DNA of 64,000 bases from an uncultured Bacilli bacterium (GCA_944358775.1 CALVRU010000003.1:5783-69782); one strand, 5' to 3'; counted from the first letter of the stretch, positions 46,923 to 57,804 are shown. Made by a program: numbers and translations. The notes: a model not told the origin generated them from the sequence alone.

Positions 46923-47997
46923 TATGTATATTCATATTCCGTTTTGTAAGACGATCTGCTCTTATTGTGATTTCTGTAAGATGTTTTATGATTCGAAGTT
47001 TGTAAAAAAATATTTACAATCGTTATCGAAAGAGATTCAAGTAAGTTATCAAAAAGAATCCCTTGCAACACTTTATATTGGAGGTGGGACTCCTAGTTGT
47101 CTCACTTTGGAAGATTTAGAAATCTTGTTTGAGACCGTTGATCAAGTAAAATTGCAAGAAGAATATGAATTTACTTTTGAATGTAATATTGACGATTTAA
47201 CGAGCGAAAAATTACTTTTTTTGAAAAAACACCGTGTGAATCGGCTCAGTATTGGGGTCGAAACCGTTCAAGAAAAGTTTTTCTCGTTTCTCAAACGCTC
47301 TTCATCGGAAAAAGAAGTAAAAGAAAAAATCGAGTTAGCAAAAGAAATCGGTTTTTCCAATATTAATGTTGATTTTATGTACGCTTTCCCAAATGAGACA
47401 CTTTCCGATGTCGAACATGATTTGAATTTTTTCTTATCGCTACAAGTACCTCATATTTCGTTTTATTCTTTAATCATCGAAGATCATACCTATTTATCGT
47501 TGCAAGAAGTGAAGGAAATTGATCAAGATCTCGATGCGAAAATGTATCATTTGATTGAGGAAACTTTAGAGAAAAAGGGATATGTTCATTACGAAACGAG
47601 CAATTATGCGTATCCTCACTTTGAATCGCAGCATAATTTAGTTTATTGGAATAACGATGAATACTATGGATTTGGACTTGGTGCAAGCGGATATGTGAAA
47701 TCACTTCGTTATACGAACACAAGAAGTTTAATTCATTATAATAAGGGCTGTTATCGACTCGAAGAAGAAGAAATTTCGAAAAAAGAAAATATGAGTTATG
47801 AGATGATTTTAGGATTACGAAAAATGGAAGGTGTTTCTCTTTCCAAGTTTCAAACAAAATTTGGCGTTTCACTTTTACAGGAATATGATATAATGGACTT
47901 ACTAGAAAATGGATTTCTAGTAATTGAGGGAGATTATATCAAGATTCCGAAAGATAAAATATATGTTGCAAACGAAGTGTTAGTACGCTTTGTTTAA
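46912..47997 (+). CDS. hemW: radical SAM heme chaperone HemW / oxygen-independent coproporphyrinogen III oxidase-like
   Basis: YIHIPFCKTICSYCDFC (CX3CX2C) and downstream HemN-like domain; follows lepA as yqeR does in Bacillus. Confidence 0.85.
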   Translation: MVTSMYIHIPFCKTICSYCDFCKMFYDSKFVKKYLQSLSKEIQVSYQKESLATLYIGGGTPSCLTLEDLEILFETVDQVKLQEEYEFTFECNIDDLTSEKLLFLKKHRVNRLSIGVETVQEKFFSFLKRSSSEKEVKEKIELAKEIGFSNINVDFMYAFPNETLSDVEHDLNFFLSLQVPHISFYSLIIEDHTYLSLQEVKEIDQDLDAKMYHLIEETLEKKGYVHYETSNYAYPHFESQHNLVYWNNDEYYGFGLGASGYVKSLRYTNTRSLIHYNKGCYRLEEEEISKKENMSYEMILGLRKMEGVSLSKFQTKFGVSLLQEYDIMDLLENGFLVIEGDYIKIPKDKIYVANEVLVRFV

Positions 47998-48008
47998 AAG
48001 GAGTACTT

Positions 48009-48611
48009 ATGGAAAAAACATTGGATACTGCGAATAAAATTGCTTACTTTGAAACTGAACTTTCTTATATTAAAAATCCGGAATATCGGGAGGATGCTCG
48101 CTTTTTGGTGGGGCATCTACCAGATTATTTCTTTGAAATTCAAGCTGCTTCGACTGGTAAGTATCATCCCCGTTATACGCTTGGCGAAGGCGGTTTATTA
48201 AGACATACCAAAGCCGCCGTACGAATCGCCTATGAATTGTTTATGGATCCATTGATCGGCAATAAATATACGGCAAATGAACGCGACCTGATGCTAATCG
48301 CACTATTAATTCACGATGGCATTAAACTAGGTAAAGATCGCAGCAAATACACCAAAACAGATCATCCTTTGCTAGCTGCACAATATGTCGAAGAAAATAA
48401 AGATTCGCTCCATTTTACAAAAGAGGAAATCGAATTTTTAAAAGATGTTATTTCGAGCCATATGGGTCCTTGGAATAAAGATTTTGATGGCAATGAAGTA
48501 TTGCCGATTCCTCATACAAAGTATGAAAATTTTGTTCATATGTGTGACTATCTGGCAAGTCGTAAATGTATTTTATTTGAATTCGATGAAAATGGTCAAA
48601 TTATAGGATAA
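48009..48611 (+). CDS. HD-domain phosphohydrolase
   Basis: H...LLIHDGIKLGKD...H...D gives an HD motif arrangement. Confidence 0.55.
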   Translation: MEKTLDTANKIAYFETELSYIKNPEYREDARFLVGHLPDYFFEIQAASTGKYHPRYTLGEGGLLRHTKAAVRIAYELFMDPLIGNKYTANERDLMLIALLIHDGIKLGKDRSKYTKTDHPLLAAQYVEENKDSLHFTKEEIEFLKDVISSHMGPWNKDFDGNEVLPIPHTKYENFVHMCDYLASRKCILFEFDENGQIIG

Positions 48612-48794
48612 GGAAACTTATTCTTTTTTTTATAAAAATTTATTGACAATTTATATGGAGGTTCTTGGTCAAGTCGTGAATTTCAAAAATAAAATAAAGA
48701 ATAATCAATGGATTCGAACGGTAACATCATGATATTTTATTGACACGAATATATGTTCTAGTGTATAATGAAGAAGAAGATAGGGGATGTACTT

Positions 48795-49475
48795 ATGAAT
48801 CAAAAAGGAAAATTAATCGTAATCGAAGGAAACGATTGTTCCGGCAAGCAAACCCAAGGGACTTTATTAGTGGAAAACTTAAAAAAAATGGGATATCCAG
48901 CAATTTATTTATCGTTTCCGATGTATGATACACCGACTGGGCGAATTATTGCTGGCCCTATTTTAGGAAAAGAAGAATTTGGTCCGTGCTTCTTTGAAGA
49001 GGGGATTGATCTCGATCCGTATATTGCTTCTTTGTATTATGCGGCGGATCGAAAATATAATATAAAGAAAGTACAGGATTATCTCGATCAAGGTTACTTT
49101 GTTATTCTCGATCGTTATATTAGTTCGAATATGGCGCATCAGGGTAGCAAGATCGAAGATGATGAAAAACGTTTTTATTTATTTCAATGGGTCGACAAAT
49201 TGGAATATTGGTTACTTGGTTTGCCAAAACCAGATCAGACAATTTTTCTTCATGTCCCATATAAAGTAACGGTGGAATTACTTTCAAAACGCGGTCATTT
49301 GGATATTGCAGAGAAAAGTACGGATAATTTAAAACGCGCAGAGAAAACGTATATTGAACTATCGGAATTATATCATTGGGATCATATCGATTGTGTTAAA
49401 GACGAACAATTATTATCGATCGAGGAGATTTCCCAGAAGATTTTAAATAGCGTATTAAAAAAAGAATCGGTATGA
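48795..49475 (+). CDS. thymidylate kinase-like nucleoside monophosphate kinase
   Basis: P-loop IVIEGNDCSGKQTQ; DRYISSNMAHQG (the DRY motif of Tmk). Confidence 0.6.
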   Translation: MNQKGKLIVIEGNDCSGKQTQGTLLVENLKKMGYPAIYLSFPMYDTPTGRIIAGPILGKEEFGPCFFEEGIDLDPYIASLYYAADRKYNIKKVQDYLDQGYFVILDRYISSNMAHQGSKIEDDEKRFYLFQWVDKLEYWLLGLPKPDQTIFLHVPYKVTVELLSKRGHLDIAEKSTDNLKRAEKTYIELSELYHWDHIDCVKDEQLLSIEEISQKILNSVLKKESV

Positions 49476-49514
49476 TTCTTTTTTCTTTTTCATATATTTA
49501 GTTGAGGTGAACTT

Positions 49515-50219
49515 ATGAATTTAATTGCCTATCGTGGTCTCTCATCAAAAAATGTAGCATATCATACAAAAGATGCAATTATTTTAGCATTAAATGCAGA
49601 TTATTTATCCGGAATTTCGATGCATGTGCGATTGACGAAGGATCAAGAATTAGTTGTATATGATGAAGAAGAGTTTCGGATTGGAAACCATTCGTTTGGT
49701 TCGATTCAAGATCTTTCCTTAAATGAACTAAGACATTTTAATGTCGGCAACAAAATACAACGTCAGATGATTCCAACGCTCCGTGAAATTCTCGATTGTT
49801 ATCGGACGGAAAAAATACTGCTATTAGAACTAGCCGATGAACAAGATCGAAATTTTTTGTTCGCCGAACGAGTAGCTGCTTTGCTGAATCAATATCGCAA
49901 TATTAATTTATTGGTGACGAGCCAATCAAAAGAACTAGTCTTGTATTTACAAGATCTACTAACCACTGGTAAGTTGGGATTAACTTTTACAGATCCAAAT
50001 GATTATCAATGCCCAATCGCCGTCGATTTCTATCAGATTCCATTTTCGTTTCATGATGCTGAGAAAGTGATGCAAAAATTAGAGAATCATTATGGCATCG
50101 TACTAAGTGGTATATCCAATCCAGATGAAATCGTCTCTCTACAAGAAAAATATTCAGAAAATTTCTCGCGACTATTTTTAGTCGCACATAATCTTCCACG
50201 AATTATGAATGAGATATAA
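49515..50219 (+). CDS. glycerophosphodiester phosphodiesterase-family protein (possibly degenerate)
   Basis: AYRGLSS...TKDQELVVYDEE resembles the GDPD HRG...DG..V.HD pattern, with the first His replaced. Confidence 0.45.
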   Translation: MNLIAYRGLSSKNVAYHTKDAIILALNADYLSGISMHVRLTKDQELVVYDEEEFRIGNHSFGSIQDLSLNELRHFNVGNKIQRQMIPTLREILDCYRTEKILLLELADEQDRNFLFAERVAALLNQYRNINLLVTSQSKELVLYLQDLLTTGKLGLTFTDPNDYQCPIAVDFYQIPFSFHDAEKVMQKLENHYGIVLSGISNPDEIVSLQEKYSENFSRLFLVAHNLPRIMNEI

Positions 50220-50229
50220 AAAAAGAAGC

Positions 50230-51579
50230 TTATTCCTTTGGAGCTTCTTTTTGATTATTCATTTGATCCGCTGTATTTTCTTGATCTTGTTGAGCGATCT
50301 GTCGAACAAATTTATTTTGGAGATCTTCGGTGATTTTTTTAAATTCCTCACCGTATTGTTCATCCAAATCATTTTCAATTTCGATCAATTTATAAATTTC
50401 TTCGAACGTCGTGAATCCTTCGATTACTTTTTCTAATCCATCTTGTAGAAGAGTGGTGACATCATGCTGATAAACGAGTTCTCGTAAATCCTCACGCTTC
50501 ATATTTTCATTATTAATGGCATCGCGAATTTCATCATTGATTAAAAGCACTTCTTGAATTGCCATTCGACCTCGATAACCAGAAATACAATGATCACAGT
50601 GAATTGGATTGATATCGTAAATCTCAATAACATCTTTATTTAAGACCCGTTTGAATACTTGCTTTTCAAATGGAGTAGTATTTCTTAAAATTTTACATTT
50701 TGGACAAAGAGTTCTAGCTAGTTTTTGTGAGATAATACCGGTTAGGGCAGAAGATAACAAATAACGCTCGACGTTCATATCCAATAACCGTTCAATTGTA
50801 CTTAATGAATTGTTGGTATGGACTGTAGAAAGAACAAGGTGTCCAGTAATGGAAGCACGAACGGCGATTTGCGCAGTTTCACTATCACGAATTTCTCCGA
50901 TTAGAATGATATTTGGGTCTTGTCGTAAGATAGAACGTAAAACATTTCCAAATGTAAGACCAATTTCACTATTGACTTGAACTTGATTGACTCCTTCGAT
51001 ATTCATTTCGATCGGATCTTCGACTGTGATAATATTCGTCGTCTCTTTGTTTAGTTCCTGAAGCATCGAATAAGTAGTGGTACTTTTACCAGAACCAGTC
51101 GCACCGGTTACTAAAATAATACCATTTGGAGTCATCATCATTTTTAACACTTTTAAGAAATTTTTACGAGAGAAACCGAGTGCTTCGATTCCTGATAAAC
51201 TACGACTGTAATCGAGAATACGAATTACTACTTTTTCACCTTCGTTTGTCGGTAGAGCAGATACACGCATATCGAGGTCAACACCATCGATTCTTCCTTT
51301 GATGTCCCCATCTTGTGGCAATCTTGTTTCGGTAATATTCATATTTGAAATCAACTTAATACGAGTAATTAAATTTCGTTCGTATTCTTTCGGAATAACA
51401 GTATGATCACGTAGATCCCCATCAATTCGGATTCGAACCTTCAATCCTTCTTCGATCGGGTCAAAGTGAATATCACTGGCACGTGATTTGACTGCACTGA
51501 CAATAATCTTATTTACTAAATCGACAATTGGTGTATTTGCTAAATCGTAAGTTACCATTTGTGTCCCGTTCATGTTCAT
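50230..51579 (-). CDS. type II/IV secretion-system ATPase (PilB/GspE/ComGA family)
   Basis: Walker A ILVTGATGSGKSTT; Asp/His boxes; the tetracysteine motif appears as CPKC...CDHC; unusual acidic/polar C-terminal tail. Confidence 0.85.
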   Translation of the reverse strand: MNMNGTQMVTYDLANTPIVDLVNKIIVSAVKSRASDIHFDPIEEGLKVRIRIDGDLRDHTVIPKEYERNLITRIKLISNMNITETRLPQDGDIKGRIDGVDLDMRVSALPTNEGEKVVIRILDYSRSLSGIEALGFSRKNFLKVLKMMMTPNGIILVTGATGSGKSTTTYSMLQELNKETTNIITVEDPIEMNIEGVNQVQVNSEIGLTFGNVLRSILRQDPNIILIGEIRDSETAQIAVRASITGHLVLSTVHTNNSLSTIERLLDMNVERYLLSSALTGIISQKLARTLCPKCKILRNTTPFEKQVFKRVLNKDVIEIYDINPIHCDHCISGYRGRMAIQEVLLINDEIRDAINNENMKREDLRELVYQHDVTTLLQDGLEKVIEGFTTFEEIYKLIEIENDLDEQYGEEFKKITEDLQNKFVRQIAQQDQENTADQMNNQKEAPKE

Positions 51580-51673
51580 TCCCCTTTAATCTTTTTTTAT
51601 TTTTCTCTATTCTTTTATACTAATTTAGTATATAATAATTTTATAAGATAGGCAAGGAGGAAGTGGAACTTTT

Positions 51674-52249
51674 GTGAAAACGAATCGTCAAAATGGTTTT
51701 TTATTAGTAGAAACTTTAATTGTCACAGTCTTTGTGATGACATTGTTTTTATTTATCTATCGTAATGTCGTTCCATTGGTCGGTGAATACACACGTCGCG
51801 AAAATTACGACGATATCGATAGTGTTTATGCGGCATCTTTAATCCGTAATCTTATTTTATCGGATGGAAATTATGATAGTTTAGTAGCAGGTATCGATAA
51901 CGAGCATCCTTATAAAGATATTAGTGACTGCAATTTATATCAACAAAAAAACTTGTGCAATGCATTGAAAGAACAATTGAACATTACGCAAGTGATTGAT
52001 GAGAATAATAATGTGGTGGATGGAAAGATTTATCTATCCCGTTATGAGTTGACTCGCCTGAAAAGACAAGTAAGTGAAGGAACGATATTCAATAATAATA
52101 CAGAACGTGGCATCAGAGAATACATTTCTTATTTGCCGAATTATACTTCGAAAGACTTAGTCATCGGCTATCGAGTGATCATTGTTCGAAATACTCGAGT
52201 TGGAGATGACTTAGTACCAAAATATGCAAATATCGAGGTGGTGAAGTGA
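51674..52249 (+). CDS. type IV prepilin/pseudopilin
   Basis: Leader MKTNRQNG then FLLVE with Glu at +5 and a hydrophobic helix. Confidence 0.6.
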   Translation: MKTNRQNGFLLVETLIVTVFVMTLFLFIYRNVVPLVGEYTRRENYDDIDSVYAASLIRNLILSDGNYDSLVAGIDNEHPYKDISDCNLYQQKNLCNALKEQLNITQVIDENNNVVDGKIYLSRYELTRLKRQVSEGTIFNNNTERGIREYISYLPNYTSKDLVIGYRVIIVRNTRVGDDLVPKYANIEVVK

Positions 52250-52788
52250 TGAGAGCATTAAATAAGAAGGGCTTTACCTTGATCGAAGTAGTATTGAGTT
52301 TCGTTTTGATTACGATCATTTTAGGTGAGTTAATGGTGATTGTGATGAATTACCAAGGACGAGCAAACGAGGAACAATTACGAAGCGATTATATGACTTT
52401 AAAAAATTTGGTTACAAAGGATGTCCAAACCGATATTTTAAAGTTGAAATTACAAAGCGCAGAACGTTGTAATGGAACGAATGATTGTGTGGAATTGACC
52501 TTTGCGAACGGTGAGAAAAAACAGTTATTAGTACACAACGTGCAGACTGCTCAAGAAGTGACGAACAAATATATTCAATATGGCGATAGTAAATATAAAA
52601 TCAGAGAAGATTTTCCGGACGATAAAGACAATAATTGGAAGTTAACGCATCAAAGTGTCGATGTCAATGCGGGTAGATTATTAGAAAAGATAGAAGTAGA
52701 TGGAAGAGTTATTTATTCGTTTCGAATTTCTCTTACAAGTTCGTATTTTGTAGATGACTTTGGCTTTCATATTGTTACAGTAGTCTAA
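52246..52788 (+). CDS. type IV prepilin/pseudopilin
   Basis: Canonical MMRALNKKG|FTLIEVV class III signal with Glu at +5; overlaps the upstream pilin stop. Confidence 0.7.
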   Translation: MMRALNKKGFTLIEVVLSFVLITIILGELMVIVMNYQGRANEEQLRSDYMTLKNLVTKDVQTDILKLKLQSAERCNGTNDCVELTFANGEKKQLLVHNVQTAQEVTNKYIQYGDSKYKIREDFPDDKDNNWKLTHQSVDVNAGRLLEKIEVDGRVIYSFRISLTSSYFVDDFGFHIVTVV

Positions 52789-53746
52789 AAAGACTCAAAC
52801 AGCCATATAATAGAAGACAAGATATGCCACCATGAAGTAGTCGAGCGACGAAAAATGGAGCATATTTTATTTTGCTATCACCGATGATACTGTATACTTG
52901 CATGTGTACCGATAAACCGCCAAAAGATAAGAAAAATGTGATGAGTAAAGCAATCCAAGTAGTTGGAATCATCAATTGACTGACCGCATAAATACCTTGG
53001 GTCATTTCTAAAATCCCGGAAAATAGGGCAGTTTTTGTGGAAGAAAGCGGAATCCAGGTTCGAAAGAGTGAGGTAATCATCAAAAAGAATGTGATGACTC
53101 CTAGCATTAAAAGTAGCGTTTGAAAGGTATGAAATGTTGCGTTTTTTAAAACCGTCCCAAAGCTTTGATGATTGCTAACTCTATAATTGTGCATTTTGAT
53201 AATAGCAGTTCGGAAATCCGTTTTATGGCTAGGGATTGATTGCTTGGACCGAAAAAGAAAGCCGATGATAAAGTTTGTGATATAGTGACAGAATAATATT
53301 AAAATTGCTAATGATTGATTTTGTAATAATATGGTACCGACGGTTCCCAAAATAAAAAGAGGATTAGAAAAGTGCGTAAAGGTAATGAGATGATTTGCTT
53401 CTTTCGTCGTTATCTTTCCCTCGTCTAACAAACTTCTTGTGTATTTCGCTCCACTCGGAAAGCCTGAAATCATACTCATCGCAAGGACGAATGCACATTC
53501 TCCTCCGAGATGAAATATTTTGTTCATAAATGGCCGGAATAATTCGCCTAAAAATTCTACGATTCCATATTGGATCATCAGTTCGGATAAAAAGAAAAAT
53601 GGAAATAAAGAAGGAATCAATTGATTCATCCATAAAGAAACAGAAAAACGAATCGATTCGATAATCGTCTGTGAATTCGTGAAGACATATAAACTAAATA
53701 CAAACAAAACAAAGGCTATCAGAATACTTTCTATTTTTTTGTTCAT
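52775..53746 (-). CDS. YlbJ-like sporulation integral membrane protein (nucleoside-recognition/gate domain)
   Basis: Polytopic protein; position next to a YlbL-like gene as in the Bacillus ylbJ-ylbL region. Confidence 0.45.
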   Translation of the reverse strand: MNKKIESILIAFVLFVFSLYVFTNSQTIIESIRFSVSLWMNQLIPSLFPFFFLSELMIQYGIVEFLGELFRPFMNKIFHLGGECAFVLAMSMISGFPSGAKYTRSLLDEGKITTKEANHLITFTHFSNPLFILGTVGTILLQNQSLAILILFCHYITNFIIGFLFRSKQSIPSHKTDFRTAIIKMHNYRVSNHQSFGTVLKNATFHTFQTLLLMLGVITFFLMITSLFRTWIPLSSTKTALFSGILEMTQGIYAVSQLMIPTTWIALLITFFLSFGGLSVHMQVYSIIGDSKIKYAPFFVARLLHGGISCLLLYGCLSLFRLL

Positions 53747-53797
53747 AAAAACGCTTCTTTCATGTTATAATGAATTAGATATAAAGGATTTGATGAC

Positions 53798-54814
53798 ATG
53801 TTTAATAAACTATATGAAAAAACCAAACGATTTATCATCGAAAATTACAAAATACTAATCGTCTATCTTGTTTTATTTGCGATTATTTTATGGCCTGTCC
53901 CATATTATATTTATACAGGAGGCGGAACTCTCCCGGTTAATTCTAAGATTACGATCGATCAAGAAACGGAAAGTGCCGGCAGTTTTAATTTGGCATACGT
54001 TTCGGAAATTAAGGCGACTGTCTCGACCTATCTTTTAAGTTTTCTTTTTCCGAGTTGGGAACGGGTGAAAGTAAGTGATGTGACGATCAGTGATACCGAG
54101 ACAACAGAAGATGTGATGATACGCGATCAAATTTTTTTAAACGATGCGAATCAGAGTGCAATTAAAGTAGCTTATGAGAAAGCCGGTAAAAACTTCACGA
54201 TCGAAAAGGAGGTAAATCGGGTGATTTATCTCGATCCACAAGCCCAGACAACTTTGAAAATAGGGGATACCCTATTAGCGGTCGAAGGGGTAACGGTTAC
54301 TGATACAACGGAATTGAGAGAGTTCGTGAAAACGAAAAAAAAAGGTGACTTGTTGACATTAGAAATCGAACGTGACGGAGAAAAAATGCAAGGAACAGCA
54401 ACGGTTCAAGAAATCAATGGAGAACTTCTATTGGGAATTTCTTTTTTAAAAGAGTACATTTACAAAACGGATCCTAATTTAACACTTCATTTTTCAAGTA
54501 ACGAGTCTGGTCCCTCCGGTGGCTTGATCATGGCTTTGTCGATCTATGATAAGCTAATTCCAGAAGATTTAACGCACGGTTTGAAGATTGTCGGTACGGG
54601 AACGATCGATAGTGATGGAAAGGTCGGCGAAATCGGTGGTGTTCGATATAAGCTAAAAGGCGCGGTTTCACAGAACGCAGATATTTTTCTCGTACCAAAT
54701 GGTGCCAATTATGAAGAGTGTATGGAGTTAAAAGAAAAAAACAATTACGATATAAAGATCATCGGAGTATCTACTTTCGATGAAGCGGTTCAGGCGCTAG
54801 AAGAGCTTTCTTAG
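53798..54814 (+). CDS. YlbL-like PDZ plus Lon-protease (S16) C-terminal domain protein
   Basis: N-terminal TM; PDZ region; SNESGPSGGLIMALSIYD resembles the Lon serine site. Confidence 0.7.
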   Translation: MFNKLYEKTKRFIIENYKILIVYLVLFAIILWPVPYYIYTGGGTLPVNSKITIDQETESAGSFNLAYVSEIKATVSTYLLSFLFPSWERVKVSDVTISDTETTEDVMIRDQIFLNDANQSAIKVAYEKAGKNFTIEKEVNRVIYLDPQAQTTLKIGDTLLAVEGVTVTDTTELREFVKTKKKGDLLTLEIERDGEKMQGTATVQEINGELLLGISFLKEYIYKTDPNLTLHFSSNESGPSGGLIMALSIYDKLIPEDLTHGLKIVGTGTIDSDGKVGEIGGVRYKLKGAVSQNADIFLVPNGANYEECMELKEKNNYDIKIIGVSTFDEAVQALEELS

Positions 54815-54859
54815 TTCTTTTTTTGATTTCGTAGTATAGAATAAAAATAGGTGAAGAAT

Positions 54860-55186
54860 ATGAATTTGCGTTTAGTGTTTTTGGATGACGTCGGTTATCT
54901 CGATGATAGTTTACTAGAGCTACAGGAAGTAGCGAATAATTTATTTATATTAAAAGATGCACCGCTTAGCATTCGTACACGCATCGATATCTATGAAATG
55001 TTACATCATTGTTATTTGTGCTATAACTATGATCTATTGTTAAGTAAAAATGTTCCAATCAGTGAAGAATATGTCGTTTCCCTACACGATAATGGTAATG
55101 GTACTTATTCTCATCTTGATAAGGAACAGGTAAAAACTTATCATCCATCGTCATCGAATCGTTTTGCAAAAAGACAAATCAAGTAG
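54860..55186 (+). CDS. hypothetical protein
   Basis: About 108 aa from the ATG, with RBS AGGTGA. Confidence 0.3.
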   Translation: MNLRLVFLDDVGYLDDSLLELQEVANNLFILKDAPLSIRTRIDIYEMLHHCYLCYNYDLLLSKNVPISEEYVVSLHDNGNGTYSHLDKEQVKTYHPSSSNRFAKRQIK

Positions 55187-55248
55187 ATTCTTGTCTTTTT
55201 TTCTTGATCAAGTTATGGTAAAATATGGATAGAAAAAGAGTGATAAAA

Positions 55249-57804
55249 ATGAAACGTAGTGAAGTAGATCGCAATCAGTTGTCTCCAATGATGAGACAGT
55301 ACATGGAAATTAAAGATAAATACGAAGATAGTATTATCTTTTTTCGACTTGGCGATTTTTATGAAATGTTTTTTGAAGATGCACTGACAGCATCGAAAGA
55401 ATTAGAGCTTGCCCTTACTGGAAAACAGGCAGGACTTGCTGAACGCGTTCCGATGTGTGGAATTCCCCATCATTCCTATCAAACGTATTTGGACAAGCTT
55501 ATCGATAAAGGCTATAAAGTGGCGATCGCCGAACAATTACAAGATCCAAAAGAAACAAATGGTATGGTCGATCGCGATGTCATCCAAGTTGTTACCAAAG
55601 GAACACGACTCGATTATTCCCTATCTGAGAAGGATAATAATTTTATCGGTAATATTTTTGATTTTGAATACTGTTATGGGGTTAGTTTTACGGATATTTC
55701 GACTGGCCAATTCTACATGATGTTTCTAGAGCACGAAACGGAGCAGTTGCTACGGGAGATTGTTAATCGCAATATGAAAGAAGTAATTGCAAACAGTAAG
55801 ATCGATCGGGAAATCGTTCGTGTACTTCGGGAAAATTACAGCGTGATGGTAACGATTCAAGACGATATTTATTCCGCGAACGATTATGATTTTTTATTTG
55901 AAAAGATTCAAGATATCCGAATTATTACGACGGTCCGTCATTTACTTGCTTATTTAGCTGAAACCAAAAAAGGAAATTTGGCGCATTTGCAAGCAATTGA
56001 AATGATCGATGTAAATCAATACTTGGAATTCGATATTCACACGAAGAAAAATCTAGAATTAACGGAGACTATGCGGCTTCATGAACGGACCTTCTCATTG
56101 CTATGGCTTTTAGATAAAACGAAAACAGCCATGGGAGGCAGACTTTTAAAAATTAATATCGAACAGCCTTTACGAGACCGCAAAGAAATCGAACGGCGTT
56201 ATCAGATTATCGAGACTTTTTTAACGGAATTTATTTTAACGGAAGAATTGCGCAAAGAATTGGAACCAGTTTACGATTTAGAACGGTTAGTAGGTCGAAT
56301 CAGTTATGGTAATTTAAACGCCCGAGATTTGATTCAGTTACGTAATTCGCTTGCTCATTTGCCAGCAATTCATCGTTTGCTAGAAGAATTACACTACGAT
56401 AAAAATGTCGAGGAGTTAAACGAACTATATGATTTGTTACAAAAATCGATTAATGAAGATGCTCCAATCGGCGTTCATGAAGGCGGTTTGATTCAAAGTG
56501 GTTATCATCAAGAGTTAGACGAACTTCGTAAAATTCGGAGTGGTTCCAAGGACTTTATCGTACAAATGGAAAACGATGAGAAAGAACGAACCGGAATTCG
56601 TAATTTGAAAGTCGGTTATAATAAGGTATTCGGTTATTATATCGAAGTAAGTAAAAGCAACATTCCGTTGATTAAAGAGGAGTTTGGTTATGAACGAAAA
56701 CAAACCTTGGTCAACTGTGAACGCTTTATTACGCCATTATTGAAAGAAAAAGAAAATATTATCTTAGGCGCCGAAGAGAAGATTATCAATTTGGAATATC
56801 AGTTATTCATGGAAATTAGAGAACAAGTAAAACAATACATGGGGCGCATTCAGAGAATTGCGAAAGTAATTGCCGAAGTGGATATGATGCAAAGTTTGAC
56901 GAAAGTGGCGGAAGAAAATAATTATGTAAGACCGACCTTAACGACGGAACGAATCATCGATATTCGCGACGGAAGACATCCGGTCGTTGAAAAAGTAAAC
57001 CGCATCGATTATGTGCCAAACGATATCGTCATGGGTAAAGATACGAATATTTTATTGATTACTGGTCCCAATATGGCTGGAAAAAGTACTTATATGAGAC
57101 AAGTTGCAATTATTGTGATTATGGCTCAAATAGGTTCTTTTGTACCGTGTAAAAGTTGTACCATTCCACTATTCGATCAAATCTTTACGAGAATTGGGGC
57201 GAGTGATGACTTAGTCAGTGGGGAATCTACTTTCATGGTGGAAATGAAAGAAGCGAATCGGGCCATTCAAAAAGCAACGGAAAACAGCTTAATTCTATTT
57301 GACGAACTAGGACGTGGAACAGCCACTTACGATGGAATGAGTTTAGCCCAGGCGATTTTAGAGTATATTCATGATAAGATTAAAGCAAAAACATTATTTT
57401 CGACTCATTATCACGAGTTAACTGCGCTTGCATCTACTTTGCCAAACTTAAAAAATGTACATGTTTCGGCGATTGAAGAAGACGGTAAGATTACTTTCTT
57501 GCACAAAGTGAAAAATGGGGCAGTAGATAAAAGTTACGGTATTCATGTAGCATCGCTTGCTCAATTACCAGCTTCCTTAATCAAACGGGCGGAAGAAATC
57601 TTAAATATTTATGAACATAAGAATCAAAAACAAGAAACATTTACTCAAACCTCTTTGTTTTTCGACTTTGAAGACGAGAAGAAAGAAGAACCGACATCAA
57701 ACGAAGCTTTGGAAAAATTGGAAACCTTAAATCCGTTGGAAATGACTCCGATGGAAGCACTTAGTGCCTTGTTTGAACTAAAACAGATGCTAAAGAAAAA
57801 ATAG
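55249..57804 (+). CDS. mutS: DNA mismatch repair protein MutS
   Basis: N-terminal SPMMRQYMEIKDKYEDSIIFFRLGDFYEMFFEDA; Walker A GPNMAGKSTYMRQ; STFMVEM signature. Confidence 0.95.
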   Translation: MKRSEVDRNQLSPMMRQYMEIKDKYEDSIIFFRLGDFYEMFFEDALTASKELELALTGKQAGLAERVPMCGIPHHSYQTYLDKLIDKGYKVAIAEQLQDPKETNGMVDRDVIQVVTKGTRLDYSLSEKDNNFIGNIFDFEYCYGVSFTDISTGQFYMMFLEHETEQLLREIVNRNMKEVIANSKIDREIVRVLRENYSVMVTIQDDIYSANDYDFLFEKIQDIRIITTVRHLLAYLAETKKGNLAHLQAIEMIDVNQYLEFDIHTKKNLELTETMRLHERTFSLLWLLDKTKTAMGGRLLKINIEQPLRDRKEIERRYQIIETFLTEFILTEELRKELEPVYDLERLVGRISYGNLNARDLIQLRNSLAHLPAIHRLLEELHYDKNVEELNELYDLLQKSINEDAPIGVHEGGLIQSGYHQELDELRKIRSGSKDFIVQMENDEKERTGIRNLKVGYNKVFGYYIEVSKSNIPLIKEEFGYERKQTLVNCERFITPLLKEKENIILGAEEKIINLEYQLFMEIREQVKQYMGRIQRIAKVIAEVDMMQSLTKVAEENNYVRPTLTTERIIDIRDGRHPVVEKVNRIDYVPNDIVMGKDTNILLITGPNMAGKSTYMRQVAIIVIMAQIGSFVPCKSCTIPLFDQIFTRIGASDDLVSGESTFMVEMKEANRAIQKATENSLILFDELGRGTATYDGMSLAQAILEYIHDKIKAKTLFSTHYHELTALASTLPNLKNVHVSAIEEDGKITFLHKVKNGAVDKSYGIHVASLAQLPASLIKRAEEILNIYEHKNQKQETFTQTSLFFDFEDEKKEEPTSNEALEKLETLNPLEMTPMEALSALFELKQMLKKK

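Noticed and set aside
50209-50436. Plus-strand 75-aa ORF overlapping the 3' end of the PilB-like gene
   Set aside because: Antisense to a conserved ATPase gene; Phe/Ile-rich low-complexity product.
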